Notes under the pieces: generated by a model
The model's database searches: none
What the model saw: the letters and a program-made list of their open reading frames with translations, nothing else
What the model was told of the DNA's origin: nothing
Assembly (NCBI GenBank): GCA_037447605.1
Contig: CM074813.1
Coordinates: 744,001 to 808,000 of the forward strand
DNA: 64,000 nt
Direction of reading: 5' to 3'
Origin: Zygnema circumcarinatum SAG 698-1b
Lineage: Eukaryota > Plantae > Zygnematophyceae
Program-made: the position numbers and the translations under genes
In this document: positions 28,971 through 42,645 of the stretch, one piece after another
Numbering within the stretch: position 1 is the first letter of the stretch
Layout of the letters: every line of letters starts with the position of its first letter

Positions 28971-29659
28971 GCGACCATGAGTATTTTGTAAGGTTGAATT
29001 CAATTTCAAGTGCTGAAAGGAGCGAATGAAATACTCCCTATGATATGGCTTAGAGCGCTTACTTTGAATGTTTCAGGTCTTCTTAAACAAGACGAACTTA
29101 CTTTGAGCAATTAATCGACTAGAAAGTAAATTTGCACAAATTCTCTCGATTTTAAGCAGTATAAAGAAGTATCACTAGAATCCGGGTATCCTCAACTTGT
29201 CACAATCGCCGTGAACTATGAATTTTCTATGGTGGAGTTTCCACCTTAATAAGCGGAAAGACCCAAACTATTTTCCTTGTACACTTCTTTGTTGCCTCAG
29301 TTAGTGTGTTCTCTTTTACGAGAAAGAGATTTTTTTTTTTTTTAGGTCATGAAGAACTGAAAGAGAAAATCCACGTATGGTTCATTGCAATGAACTGAAC
29401 GGCGAGGGTGGGTAGTTCCATGCTGCTCTTTTGACTGTATAACGATGTCTCGGAAGTCGTCACTTTGGAACTTTTCCAGGAATGGAGGAATAAGTAGGAG
29501 GGCGATGAAAATGGGCGGTGACATCGAGGAGGAAAATAATGTTCGGAGACGAGAGATATTGCCAAATAAGGCAATTGGTGCTGAGGTGGCAAACCGGGAT
29601 TGGTGGAGGTGAAGCCAACGTAGTGACGACGCACAAGGAGAGTGAAAGGAGGGGCGGAA

Positions 29660-31747
29660 ATGCCTCGGAAAGATCGGGTTGCGTATTTCTACGACGGTAT
29701 GCAAAAACCCTAAAAATCTTAAAAACTCTAAAAACTCTAAAGCCCTAAAACCCTAGACTTCAATCATACAAACCTCAAAACTGTTCACTTCTTGTAATTT
29801 GATAAAATTTGTGTTCCCCAACCAAATATGGCTAAGTTCGTCCAAGTTTGATCGAGGCTGACGTGGATTGACCCCGTCTGACCTGATTGACCGAGTCTGA
29901 CCCACTTTTACCCTTGTTTGAGCTAATTGATTAGCTCAAGCTCGATTTAAGTTGAGTTGAGTTGACCTTGTCTGACACTCATCTATTTTGATCTAATCTA
30001 GATTTCTCTTGTTTGTCCTGACCTGTTTTGGCTCGTTGTGGCTTGTTTTCACTGACTTGACCTTGATCTACTTCGTTTTGTCTAACCTTGTTTGACTTAT
30101 TTTGACCAAGTTTGACCTTATGGAGGACATGTGATGGCACGTTTTTGTTGCAGGAGATGTGGGGAGTGTGTATTATGGCCCCAATCACCCCATGAAACCA
30201 CATAGACTGTGCATGACTCATAGCCTTGTACTCGCATACGGACTGCACAAGAAGCTTGAGATCTTTGTGAGCAGCATGCCCTGCTGTTCCGTTAACTGAG
30301 AGGGGATTTGGAGAGGGAGGAGGGAGGGAAGGAGGGAGGGAGGGAGGGAGGGAGGTGAAGGTGAGAGAGTGAGGAGAGTTGCCAAGTGACCAGCAGAAAA
30401 GGAGGATTCGATTCTTTAAGGGATTTCTGGTTTTGCAATCACTTATTCTGCCCTTGTATGCAATTTATATTTGCCTGTTACTTGGTGTGATCTTATTTTT
30501 CTATAGAAGTGGCTTTGAAGTAAAGCATTGGTGAGTATTGGCAGAGGCCCCACAAAGCGTACCCTGTGGAGTTGGCTCAGTTTCACAGCACCGACTATGT
30601 GGAGTTTCTGCACCGCATTACGCCCAATATGCAGCATCAATACCTTAAAGAGATGAAGAGATGTATTGTTGTCTTTCCTCTCTTTACCGACTTTTTCTCT
30701 CCTCCTTTCGCTCTCCCTTTAGTACTCAACCTTTGCATTTCGTCTCCCATTTCCTTTTCTCTCGCCTCTGTCTTCCTTTTGCTTTAGTCGTTTTCTGTCT
30801 CACGTACTCCTTTGCTTTCTTTCCCTACCGTCTTTCTCCCTCTGTATTCCCAGCTTAATCTGCATTTGACTTCTGCACTTTTTAAAGCTATTTGGGTTCT
30901 TTGGGATGAAACTTTCGCAGATAATATGGGAGAGGACTGTCCTGTATTTCATGACTTATTTGAATTCTGTCGGATTTATGCTGGCGGGACCATCGGTAAG
31001 TCTCAATTGTTACTGCTTTGCGTCGTCTCTCTCTCTCTCATCCCTTTCCTGATTCCCAAATTTGTTGTGTAAGGCTCTCCCTCCCACATCTTCCCATCCA
31101 CATCGTCCTCCCCTCTTCTCCGCTCTCATGCCCTCCTTTCCGCTTTTCCCAATCTCTTCCTACTCCTCCTGCCACACTCCCTCTTTCACCTGCTTCCCAC
31201 TGCCACCATGCAAGCCCTCCCCATATCCTTTCCTTCGGCCCTCCTTCAATCTTTCAACCTTGGTCTCCTTTTCCTTTCCCCCTCTCCCTCCTCCCCCCTC
31301 CGATACAGCCTCATTCCTCCCTCTTCCCCCGTCCCGTTTCTTTCCCTCTTACCTCCCCCTTCCGTCCGCCTATCACCCCTCCTTCCGCTCCTCCCCTCCC
31401 TCTCATTCCACACCTCTCTTTCGCCCTTCCATCCACCCTGCCTCCCTCATCGCTCCTCCCCTTCCCTTCCCCCTTCTTCCCCCCCTCCCTTTCTCTCACA
31501 CTTTCTTCGACTCTCCCCCCCTTTCTCCTCCCTCCTACTCACCTCTCCCTTCCCCCCTTCCCCCCCCCCCCCCTTCCAATCACCCTCCTTCCTCCCACTT
31601 TCCCCCTTCCCTATCTTTCCCGCTTGCCTCCCACCTCCGCTCACCCCCTCCTCCCCTCACTCTCTCTCTAACCTTCCCCTCTCTCTCTCTCTCTCTCTCT
31701 AACCTTCCCCTCTCTCTCTTTCTAACCTTCCCTCCTCTCTCTCTGTA

Positions 31748-31788
<41 letters not shown>

Positions 31789-32615
31789 TCCCTCTNNNNN
31801 NNNNNGGCGCATGGGTATGTTTGAAATGGGTTACAGATTTAGTATGGGTGTCTATGTGGCTTTCTGCATTGCTGATTAAAGCAATGCTTTGTTTTTCCAT
31901 TTCGTCTCCCCCAGAGTTATGACAGTCAGTTTTCACAAATATGGCGATTTTTTTTTCCCAGGCACTGGTGATGTGAAGGTACTTCTTCTCGCTTTTCCTG
32001 ACCCAAAAGAAGAAAACGGCCCTTTTAAAAGTAATAGTTAGACTCTTTTAAAAGCTAAAAGGGTAAGGTGTGCATGGTAACCCTAAAAACTTGAGTCTTA
32101 GGAAAAAAAAAAAATCCTCCTTTAGTTGTTCTTTCGCATTCTATAGTTCTCTTGGTTGAATTCAATCGTTCTCCATTATCGTTTTTCAGTCATACCTTCT
32201 TTTTGGTCCTCGCCTGCAAGGAAAATAGTAATTTTTATGTGTGTGTGTGTATATATATATATATACAATGTCTCGCGCAATGTCATAGTTCGTAAGGTAA
32301 TGTTCACGTTTGTTTGCAAGGGGGGTTCAGGATTTGGGGGAGAAAGATGGAAAGTATTATGCAGTGAATGTTCCGTTCAAAGATGGAATCGATGATACTC
32401 AATTTCTTCGCATGTTTAAGCCGGTACGCCACGCATTGCATTGCATCCTCAGTTTCCTATTTGTATTTCATGTTTCTTTTTTTTTTTCTGAAAAAGGGGA
32501 CAAAGAGAGGGGCCTTGTAGAAGGGGCATGTAAGAGATAGACCGAGGAAATGGAGGGAAGCGAGAGCGAGAGCGAGAGCGAGAGAGAGCGAGAGCGAGAG
32601 CGAGAGAGAGAGAGA

Positions 32616-32686
<71 letters not shown>

Positions 32687-35525
32687 AGAGAGAGAGGAAG
32701 TAGACGAAAAAGAGATAGACGACAGAGGAGGGTCAAATTAATTGAGTGCAGAGAAAGCACTGCGACGATATCTGTACAGATATCGTCGCAGTGCTACGAA
32801 CAGGTCCCAATGTGAAATTGTTTTTGCTTGCTTGCTTCTTTTTTGCAGATTATCAGCAAAGTGATGGAGATATATCGACCCGGAGCAGTGGTCCTGCAAT
32901 GCGGGGCGGACTCTCTTGCAGGAGACCGGCTCGGATGCTTCAACCTCTCTCTCGATGGTGCCTCTACCCTCTATCTCTCACTGATCACACAAGTGCTTTC
33001 GAATCAGTATCCCGATTCATAAACTGAGATACTTTTAAGACCTGTATTGCTTTTTTTCTTCTTTTTAAGGGCTCGTTTGGATAAGGCTTCTGCACCGGTC
33101 TACGGTCTTTCGTAGACTTTTTGGTCTTTTTATGGTGTTTGGGTTGTGAAGAGTGTAGGGATACAACTTGTTGGAATTTTAGGGTTTCTGAGGTTTCTCG
33201 GGTTCGTTGAAACTTTCTTTGGTTTGGAGTCCTCTGGAGTTCTCTTGAAAGGAGATGGGAAATTTTTTATTGCTGTAAACTTTCAAATATATACCCCGGT
33301 TATGTCATGCTCTTGAACTCTTGCTTTTGAGAAATTTTGGGACTAACTTAAAAATTATTGTTTTGGGCAGGCCACTCGGAATGTGTCGCGTTCATGAAGA
33401 AGTTTAACGTTCCGCTTTTGGTAAGAATATGTGGTATGCAGTTTCCGCTGTAACAGTTCCATGTGAACAAACTCAGTTACAGTTCCTTTGAACTGTAACT
33501 GAGTTGAGCTGAACTATGAGAGTTTATGTCCAACTTATTGGAATTTTAGGGTTCCTGAAGTTTCTGGTTCGTTGAAAACTTCTTTGGTTGGGAGTCTGCT
33601 GCTGTAATCCATTTACGGTGAACCCAACTGAATCCGTTCAACGGTGATCCATGTCGTTCAGTGAAGGCCAGTTGAGATCTAATGATTGCCCTGATTGGAG
33701 ATTTGGAGAAAGGTCCAGATAGTTCTGCAGATTGGCTGTTCCATGTAACTGATTCTGTGCCGTTATCCGTTGCAGGTTACGGGCGGGGGCGGGTACACGA
33801 AACAAAACGTTGCCCGCTGTTGGGCGGTCGAAACGGGTGTGCTTGTAGATACTGAATTACCCAATGGTAGGATGCCACCTGGCGCAGAAAAAATAGTCCA
33901 AATTTATGCCTTGCTCTGAAGATAATAGATAGTTCGCAAGCAATACTTTTTTTTTCGAACTTTTCCTAATTTTTTTGTCAGCTTGTTTGCCTCTGTTCTG
34001 TCTTTCGTGGTTGGATTAATTTAATCTTTGTCGAGATGATGTTTCTGTTGGCTGTGCAGATATACCTCATAACGACTATTACGAATATTTCAAGCCGGAT
34101 TTTATGCTCAAAATTCCCAACCCTAATCCTGTGGTACGGATTCAGGAGGGCCTCTTGTTCTTTGGGATTGTTTGAAGGAAAGGGCCAAATGTCGACGGCG
34201 TTCTCAAATGTGATGCAGCGCATGATGTTACATCACGGTGGCATGCCTGGGCGCGATGTGATGTGATGTGATGTGATGTGATGCAATGTGATGTGATGTG
34301 ATGCAATGTGATGTGATGTGATGCAATGTGATGTGATGTGATGCAATGTGATGTGATGTGATGCAATGTGATGTGATGTGATGCAATGTGATGTGATGTG
34401 ATGTGATGTGATGTGATGTGATGTGATGTGATGCAATGTGATGTGATGTGATGCAATGTGATGTGATGTGATGTGATGTGATGTGATGTGATGCAATGTG
34501 ATGTGATGCAACGTGATGTGATGTGATGCAACGTGATGTGATGTGATGCAATGTGATGTGATGTGATGCAATGTCATGTGATGTGATGCAATGTCATGTG
34601 ATGTGATGCAATGTGATGTGATGTGATGCAATGTGATGTGATGTGATGCAACGTGATGTGATGTGATGCAATGTGATGTGATGTGATGCAATGTGATGTG
34701 ATGTGATGTGATGTGATGTGATGTGTGATGTGATGCAATGTGATGTGATGTGATGCAATGTGATGTGATGTGATGCAATGTGATGTGATGTGATGCAATG
34801 TGATGTGATGTGATGCAATGTGATGTGATGTGATGCAATGTGATGTGATGTGATGTGATGCAATGTGATGTGATGTGATGCAATGTGATGTGATGTGATG
34901 TGATGTAATGTGATGTAATGTATGGCCGGATGTGGCATGACGTTGCATGGCAGGAGAACATGAACGGCAAGGCGTACTTGAGCGGAGTGAAGGTCGCGGT
35001 CATGGAGAACCTCCGCAACATCATCCACGCGCCGAGCGTGCAGATGCATGAGGTCATGACCCTGCACTGCTGCGCGCATACTCCTTATTATAGCTGCTAT
35101 TGTTCTGTGTCTTTCTGAAGCAACCCTGCAGCGGAGAATACACATTCAGATAGGAGCATTTCCTGACACTACTTTCTTCGTTTCTCTCTCTCTCTCTCTC
35201 TCTCCCTTCCCCCCCCCCCCCTCTCTCCTGCAGCTCCCCCCCGATGTCTACGTTCCGGATTACGATGAAGACGAGGCCAACCCTGACGAGCGAATGGACC
35301 GTACGCCCTGCTCCTCCCTAACCCTACCCAGACCCTTCGTCTCTATGTCATCCCTTTCTATGATTAGTTCCCGTTTCCGTTCCGTTGGAGTTTAACGGAT
35401 TCCTGTGTTTCCATGTGCCCCCTCCCCCCCCCCCTTCCTTTGCAGAGCACTTGCAGGACCGGCTGGTCGAGAAGGATGGCGAGTACTACGAGGACGACCG
35501 CGACAACGACCACGGGGGGGGCTAG
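29660..35525 (+). CDS. HDA9: Class I (RPD3-family) histone deacetylase, HDA9/HDAC3 type; central exons missing at gap 31796-31805
   Basis: [13 protein letters not shown]|[31 protein letters not shown]|[22 protein letters not shown]|[24 protein letters not shown] [gap] [21 protein letters not shown]|..[20 protein letters not shown]|[16 protein letters not shown]|..HAPSVQMHE|[22 protein letters not shown]|..[14 protein letters not shown]. Confidence 0.96.
34257..34920 (+). repeat. (TGATG)n/(CAATG) pentanucleotide satellite filling most of an HDA9 intron
   Basis: Directly visible; ends ~35 nt before the acceptor at 34953. Confidence 0.95.
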
Positions 35526-37561
35526 GCTGGCAGGCAATGCACTGGAAAATAAAAAAGAAAAAAATAAATAAACAATAGGAAATTAGCATTTTCTTTCTAT
35601 CGAATGTGGCCCTTTTATTCTATTTTTCAAAAAAAAAAAAAAAAAAAGGGAGGGAAAGGGGGGCGGTTTGGATCTGTGTTGCTGTTTTCTGGGATTGTTC
35701 ACAGTTCCGTTTGCCAGTTCGCCGTTGTATGGAGGCAAAGGTCTTGCAGAATTGGCCCGCCGAAGGAATTTTCTGGAATTAAACTTCTGCCCGTGTTACC
35801 TGCCCGTTTCGTACGGTCAGGGCAGGAGGGCTGTAATTTTTTTTTTCCTCCCAGTAATCCGGTCAGCACGGAAAACAAATGAACTTCTGGCGGCCCTTTG
35901 CCGACGCCCTACCGACCGACACCCCGAACCCTTAAAATTGAGAAAAAAAAACGAAAAAAATAAATCCGGTCCTTTTTGGAATGTCTGAAAATTTGGAACG
36001 GCGGGTTTTTTTGTGAACGTTGGAGGAATTCCGAAACTCGATATCTCCCAACGATAGTTTCGTACGGAATAAGTACGAAACCTTACGGGCCATACTAACC
36101 GTACGGACCAACGAAATGACAGCCGCGACAGGTGACGCGCCGAAGCCGTTGTGGACTTTCTCGGAACCTTCGTCGAGCCTAGAAACCCCTAGGTGGACAA
36201 ATCGACCAATGGGCGACAACCATGTGGCACCCATCGTACGGATAGCTGCTATCCGTACGGCCACGCGTGGCCGTATGCGGGGCCGCGTCGGAGCGCGGGC
36301 CTGGCGGAGAGCGTGACGTGACAACGCGACATGCGTGACGTGACGGTGTCCTCCACGTCCGAAGGTTGGAGGAAAAGGGCATGACGTCAGTGACACGCAA
36401 CTGCCGGCCAGCCGAATTCCGGCTGGCAGTTTTTCAGTTGTTGGCCGGCAAAATGTTATCTTCAGCTAATAAGAGTTATTTCATTTAAACTTTTTAGTCC
36501 ATTACGAGTCGTCCGTCGGGCAGCCATTCCATGAAAGGAAAGTGTGGTGGTCAAGTACAAAACATGGGAAGAAATCGTTTTGCCCGCCCTGCCCGGAACA
36601 ACTGAACACACCAAACATCTTCCATTGCCGAAAACAAACTACAAAATTGGTCCCTTTTCCAATCAGCTGTCAAACTGCCAACGGCAACGGCCGACCGGCC
36701 GGCAGTTGGCTGCCGTCAGCCGTCCGGCCGGCTTGCCGCCCGCCCGCCCGCCCGTGGCGCCCCCTCCTCCCCCCCTCCTCCTTGGGCGGGCGGGCCTGCG
36801 TCAGCACGGAGGTGGAGCCCTGGCAGGGAGAAGCAGGAGCAGGAGCAGGAGGAGGAGGGGAATTCGAGCACAAGGAGCTTAGTCAGAAGCACGCTTGGAG
36901 CTTAGTTTGGGCCTGGAGGGTACTTGCTGTGATCAATAGGCTCCAGTTTGTGGGAATTTGGAGGCGTTTGAAGGGTATTTGGAGGGTATTTGGAGGGTGT
37001 TTGGAGGTTTGGAAGGGTTTTGAACAGGGTTAGAGTGAATTTTTGGAGGGAGGGGGAGAGAAGTGAGTGGCATATACGTGCTGTGATTGATGCAGTGTTT
37101 TTTAAGGGAGGCGTTGATGCATTGGAACGGAAATTGGAACGGAGGTTTGAAGCGGTCTGAAGGGATTTGAAGCCTGTTGCTGCAAGCTCTTGGAGGCAGA
37201 TAAGCGGGAGGGCAAGGAAGTGACTTCCTGCGGCGTTTGGAAGTTTATTTGAAGGAGGATTTTTGTCAGCTTTGATGCGGAAAAGCGCAGGTTAAGGGAC
37301 CTGCAAGGTGTTGGGAGTGAGGGTGAGAGTGTTCCATAAGGAAAGGACGTGGAAGGGAATTGACAAGAGGTGATTTTGACGAACAAGAAAGGAACCTAAG
37401 CAGAATTGGTGCTTTAGGAGTGGCGAGAAGAGATTGTAAGGCTTTCGTGGTGTATTTGGAGGCGCTTGGAGGGGGTCGTCGGGCGTAGAGCGCAGGAATT
37501 GAAAGAGCCTTTGTTGAGGATATCATTCGATCATCCTTTTTTGTCCTCCTATTGTCAGTGG

Positions 37562-40500
37562 ATGGGTACTGGTTTACCGAATCCGGAGAAGAGCAGCACC
37601 TGGAAGGGCAATTGTGCTGCTGAGCCCTATCCTCTTCCATCTTCGTCCCTGGCTGAATCTGAAGTCGAGAGAGCTCCCTTGCTTCTCAAAATGGAAGCTC
37701 CGGTTACGGAAGCTTCCTCTATCTCTTCCTCCACTTCATCTTCATCATATAATCATCAAACAGCTGTCGGAGATGCCACTGTAATCCGCGTTGAATCCGA
37801 CTTTCCAGAACCTTTGCAGCCATCTCCTCCTTCCCAGTCGCCTTCATTCCTTCCTCTGCCAGCCATGTCCTTCCCTTCTCCCGCGTCCCTCAGCACTTCA
37901 ATCTCCCTCCAGACCTCGTCCTCCTACCCATCGACCCCAGCTTCAGTCTCAGTTTCAGTATCAGTATCAAACTCAGCGTCCCTCCCTGGTTCAGCTTCAG
38001 AAATTGATGAAGGTGAAGCTTCAGCGGGAAGGTCGAGCCCAGAGTTGCAGCTATCTGGAAACAGACAGAGGACGAATCCTTTTAACTCTAATTTATGGCT
38101 GTCTTTGGAGCTCTCCATTACGCTCGCACAGGTTATTGCAGCAGCCATAGTTCTGGCGATATCAGGAGACGAGAAGCCGCAGGTGCCATTAGGTCTATGG
38201 CTTGCAGGGTATGCGGCAGGCTGCGTAGCTACTTTGCCCCTGCTCTATTGGCGCTACACACACAGATTCATCCGGTACCGGCAAAATGCGGCCAGCGATG
38301 AGTTTCCTGCAAGTTACGAGAGGAGACGTCTTGGAGAAAATGTGGCAGGAGTTGAGGAGGGGGAGGTGGGCGGTAGGACAGGTGGCAGCGGTAGAGGGAT
38401 GAGAGGGAATGGAGGGACAGAGGAGGGAGGCAGGATGAGAGTGAGGGCGGGGTCAGCAGAAAGTATAGAAAGGCGGATGCTTCGCGCTGCATATGACGAC
38501 ACAAGGTATTGGTCATTGGTCCTTTTTATTCGTCAGCATCTCTCTTGTTCCCTCTCGCCATCCCTTTTTCCCTCCTCCTGGTCACATTTTTCCCGCTATT
38601 TTTTTAAAAACCGTTTCCCTGTCGTCTTTTTCCTTCCTGGATTTCTGTCCTCCGCTTTCGCTCTGTCATCCTGCCCTCCTATGCTTTCTACCTCAAGAAT
38701 CTCTTGTCAATGTCTACGACTCATTCCCCCTTGTCCCAACCCCCTCCATCGCCCCCCTCCTCCCGCCCCTGCTTTCCACGCTTCTCTTTCCCGTCCGTTT
38801 CTCCCTTTCCTCTCTTCTTTTCCCTTTCCCACTTCCCAACTTTCCCCTTCTTAAGCCCTTTGTGTCTCTCCACTTCAAGCAGACCGTGAACTACCCTTTT
38901 CTCTGCTCCTTGTTTTCTCCTTCCCGCTCTCTGCTGTCCTTCCAGTCTCTGCCCCTCGCTTTGCCTCACTCCCATCGACCCTTTCACTCTTTTCCCATTT
39001 TTCTTGTGTTCTTTCTGGTGCTCTGTCAACTTTTATTCTCCCGACCTCCTCACTCTTATTTATCTCCTATCTGTATTTGTCCCAGACCCCCCTTCCGCCA
39101 CATTGCCTCTCCATCCCCTGTTCCTTGTCCTCAAATCGAACCTTTGTCTCTCTTGTTCCCTTTCCTTCTCTCCTTTCAACCTCTTCTGATCACTCTTCCC
39201 AGTTTCTTTCCCGTCTCCTACCTTATCCTCTAGTTTATCTGTCAGTCCTGACTGTCCCCTCCGTTGCACCCCTTCACTCGCCCCCTTTGGCTCTATTTCC
39301 TCTGACGTGTCCATGGTGCATGCTAATGAGTGTATAGCGGTATAAACGAAGCCCTAACTTGATGTGTTCTCGTCTCTTGTACTTGTAGAATGGTTATTTT
39401 GGTAGAGCGCTTTAAAATCGCTCTCGACTGTTTTTTCGCCGTCTGGTTTGTAGTCGGGAACGTTTGGATTTTTGGAGGTCACGCTTCTCCTTCAGATGCT
39501 CCAAATCTGTATAGGTAAGCCTGATCAAAAACAGAACCTTGAATCCTCAATGTACGAAGACACTAAGACTCCGTGTAACCCTAGACAATGAACTGATTGG
39601 CAAAATCTTCCACTGTTCTATCCATCCTCCTTCTCACTCGTCCATGTGTTCATGCATTTGTCGCTTCAACCATCAAACGATGTATGCATTTTGCCCCTAT
39701 TATAACTAACACTTTTCTGTTCCTTTTTTCGTTCCTTCGGTTTGCAGGCTTTGCGTTGTCTTTTTGACCTTCAGCTGTGTCAGCTATGCCATTCCACTAC
39801 TCCTCTGTGCAACTATCTGCTGCTGCCTTCCATGCATTATTGCCTTTATGGGATTTGCGGAAGAGCCAGTAATGCAGGGTAAGGGGGCTCCGGAAGATGT
39901 GATATCCGCCCTCCCCACCTGCAAATACCAGGTGCAGGGAGGAGCAAAGGATAATGCGCCGGAGGGAGGCAGGAGTGGAGGAATTGACTGTACCGCTAAA
40001 ACTGGCGAAGGCCATAGTAATAGAAACAGTGGTGACGAAAGTAAGGGGGAGGATAATAGAGGGAAGAATGTGGCGGAGGTGGAGAATGGAGGAGCGGCTG
40101 TGGCGGGGCTCCTTTGGGCAGGGACGGAGCAGGAGAGACTTGTGTCTGGAGAAGATGCGGTAAGGGGGAGGAGGGGGTGTGGGGAGGGTTTTTTGGGGGG
40201 GGGGGGGGGGGNNNNNNNNNNGGGGGGTTTGGGGGGGAGGGAAATTCGCAAATTTTCTTCAACTTTCGTTACCTCAACTTCAAGGTTAACTTCAAATCCG
40301 TTCCTAGAACATGGACATTTGCCTCTGATTTGGGCCTCCGATTCTAATAGTAGTTTTTGCCCCATTTGAGTGTCTGGCAGCTCTGCTGTATCTGCCTCGC
40401 ACCGTACTCCCACGGAGACGAGCTCCGAGAGCTGCCCTGCTCGCATCATTTCCATGTCAGTTGTGTGGACACGTGGCTGCGCATCAACGCCTCCTGCCCA

Positions 40501-40770
40501 CTCTGCAAACACGAGCTCAGTGATGGAGATCAGAACACGCCAGGTACGTAAACATTTCCCTGAAGGCCTAGATCTGTAAATGTTAAACCTCGTGTTCGAG
40601 GTGCAACAAATGACAAACTTGGAAGTTTACCCTAGAACCATAGAAACGTAAACTTTGGAGAGCTAAGCTGTACTTCACTTATATCCCTTTTGTACTTGAA
40701 CAGTGGAGTGAAAGAAACGTGAAAGCCATAACCAACTGGACAGTTCTCGTTATTTGTTTCTCTCTCTCTC

Positions 40771-40806
<36 letters not shown>

Positions 40807-41159
40807 CTCTTTTGTTTCTCCCCCACCCGCCTTCCCTCTCGTTCACCCCGTCCGCGCCCCCCTTCTGTCGTTTTTTCCGTTTCTCTGCACTGCCTTTCTC
40901 CCGTCTCCTTTCCTTTGCCATGATGAATTCCTATCCTGCTGCTACCATCCGCAGACTTTCTACGCACATAGAGACGCTTCTTGTTGGAGTCTGGAACTAT
41001 TGAAACTTATCTTCGTGGAGACCTAAAAAATTGACTGATGCAGTAGCCGTTCCACTCCTTGCTTTGTTTCTGAAGCCATAAAGCACTGCTTCGCTTTATC
41101 TGTTTCCTTGTGTACTAAAATCAGGACCGTCATTTTGGGTCGGGCGGTGCTGCTGGTAG
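37562..41159 (+). CDS. Transmembrane RING-H2 E3 ubiquitin ligase (At1g63170/At1g12760-like family), 5 exons
   Basis: NPFNSNLWLSLELSITLAQVIAAAIVLAISGDEKPQVPLGLWLAGYAAGCVATLPLLYWRY; FKIALDCFFAVWFVVGNVWIFGGHASPSDAPNLYR|LCVVFLTFSCVSYAIPLLLCATICCCLPCII; RING-H2 CCICLAPYSHGDELRELPCSHHFHVSCVDTWLRINASCPLCK. The last exon (41125-41159) is less certain. Confidence 0.93.
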
Positions 41160-42645
41160 CAGGAACTCGGACACAGGAAAGAAACTCAACTCAGTTGCCC
41201 GTTTAACGGCTGCTAGAGGTGTTCCGTTCCCTGCCATGAATTCTCCAGTTTACATTAGACGCCCATATGTTTATTTTGTTTAATTCGGTCTTCCGATGTG
41301 CGGGTTTCCAGCTTTGGTCAGCTTTCTAAAATAAAATTCTTTGCCGATTGAGGGTGAGACCAATCACCAAAAACTCGAAAGCAAGGTCTTTTTGTTTCTT
41401 TTTCTTTCCTTCTTCCGTTTTTTTTTTTTTTTTTTACTGTTAGGGCCCTACTGTCGGTGCCCTCTGCTTATAAGGTTGGACCTCCAAGAGATCAGGAGGG
41501 GCGCTGAAAGTAGTGGAAACCTAGAACTGGGTTCCTACCAATCACTATGTATGCTGCCGACTTGTGCAAAGCTTTGTACCATGTGTTCCGCTTCACGCCC
41601 TTCTCTCTCACTCTCCCTCCCCCCTTCCCCTTCCCTCTTCCCCCTTCCCCCTTCCCCCTTCCCCTCAGCTGTCCCTGTCATCTCCTTTTGCCTCCCCCCC
41701 TTCCTCTCCCCCCCTCGCTCCCTCCCTCCCTGCCTCCTCCCCCCCTCCGTCCCTCCCTCCCTCCCTCCCTCCCTCCCCCCATGCAAACTCTATCCCCTTC
41801 TATCCCCTTGTGAGGGACTGATCTTCTCCATGGTAGTTGGAGAATCAAATCATCGTTTCTCAAGTGCTTCTCAATTTTTTGAATCACAATTTCCATCTCC
41901 CTTCCCTCCCCTAATTTGTTACAGATTTTTCGTTTTCCTCAAAATGGATTCATCCAATCAGGCTTCACGATTCCAATTCCATCCCGAAGCTTTGAAGGGG
42001 CTCGCAACAAAACGAAACTAGCAATGAAACTTCACATACAACATGTGAAGTTTTACAGTTTTAAAAACTAGTATAAAATCTGTATATAAGCAGCTGAGTT
42101 ACCGCGATATGGAACAGTACGACGACGTACCGCCTCTTATCGGTCGCATGTAATCGACTAAATGCCACCCTGTTCATTCATTAACTACCATTTGCCTCCA
42201 TTTTTGTCCGCAATCAATCATCATCTCTATTTCCCTGAGGGAATCTCCTTCTCTCCCCACTCTCTCCCGCTCTCTCCGTCCCCTTCCCTCTCCTCCTTCC
42301 CTCCCTTTCTCCCCTCCTCTCCCCCAGGCCCACTCATCCTCGCTTCCCCTATTCTGCAACTCCTCTCCCCGTCCTCTCCATCTACTCTCACTTCTCTTCA
42401 CCTCACCCTCTCCCTCCCCTTCCCTCCCCTCCCCTCCCCTCCCTCCCTCTCCCTCTCCTTCTCATACATCTTTTCCACAAACCTTGACATTTACAATCAC
42501 TACAGAGAGGGACTCGAATACCATTATTTGACAAAGATGATTCTATAAATACAAAAACAGCGCCAAAACCTCCTCTACACAATGCCCTATCGGCACCCAA
42601 AAACAGTTTAACAATCTCCCAGTGCAGCCCTTTCTATGTAAAGGA

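Noticed and set aside
34142-35145. His-rich (HHITS)n ORFs
   Set aside because: Antisense translation of an intronic (TGATG)n satellite in HDA9.
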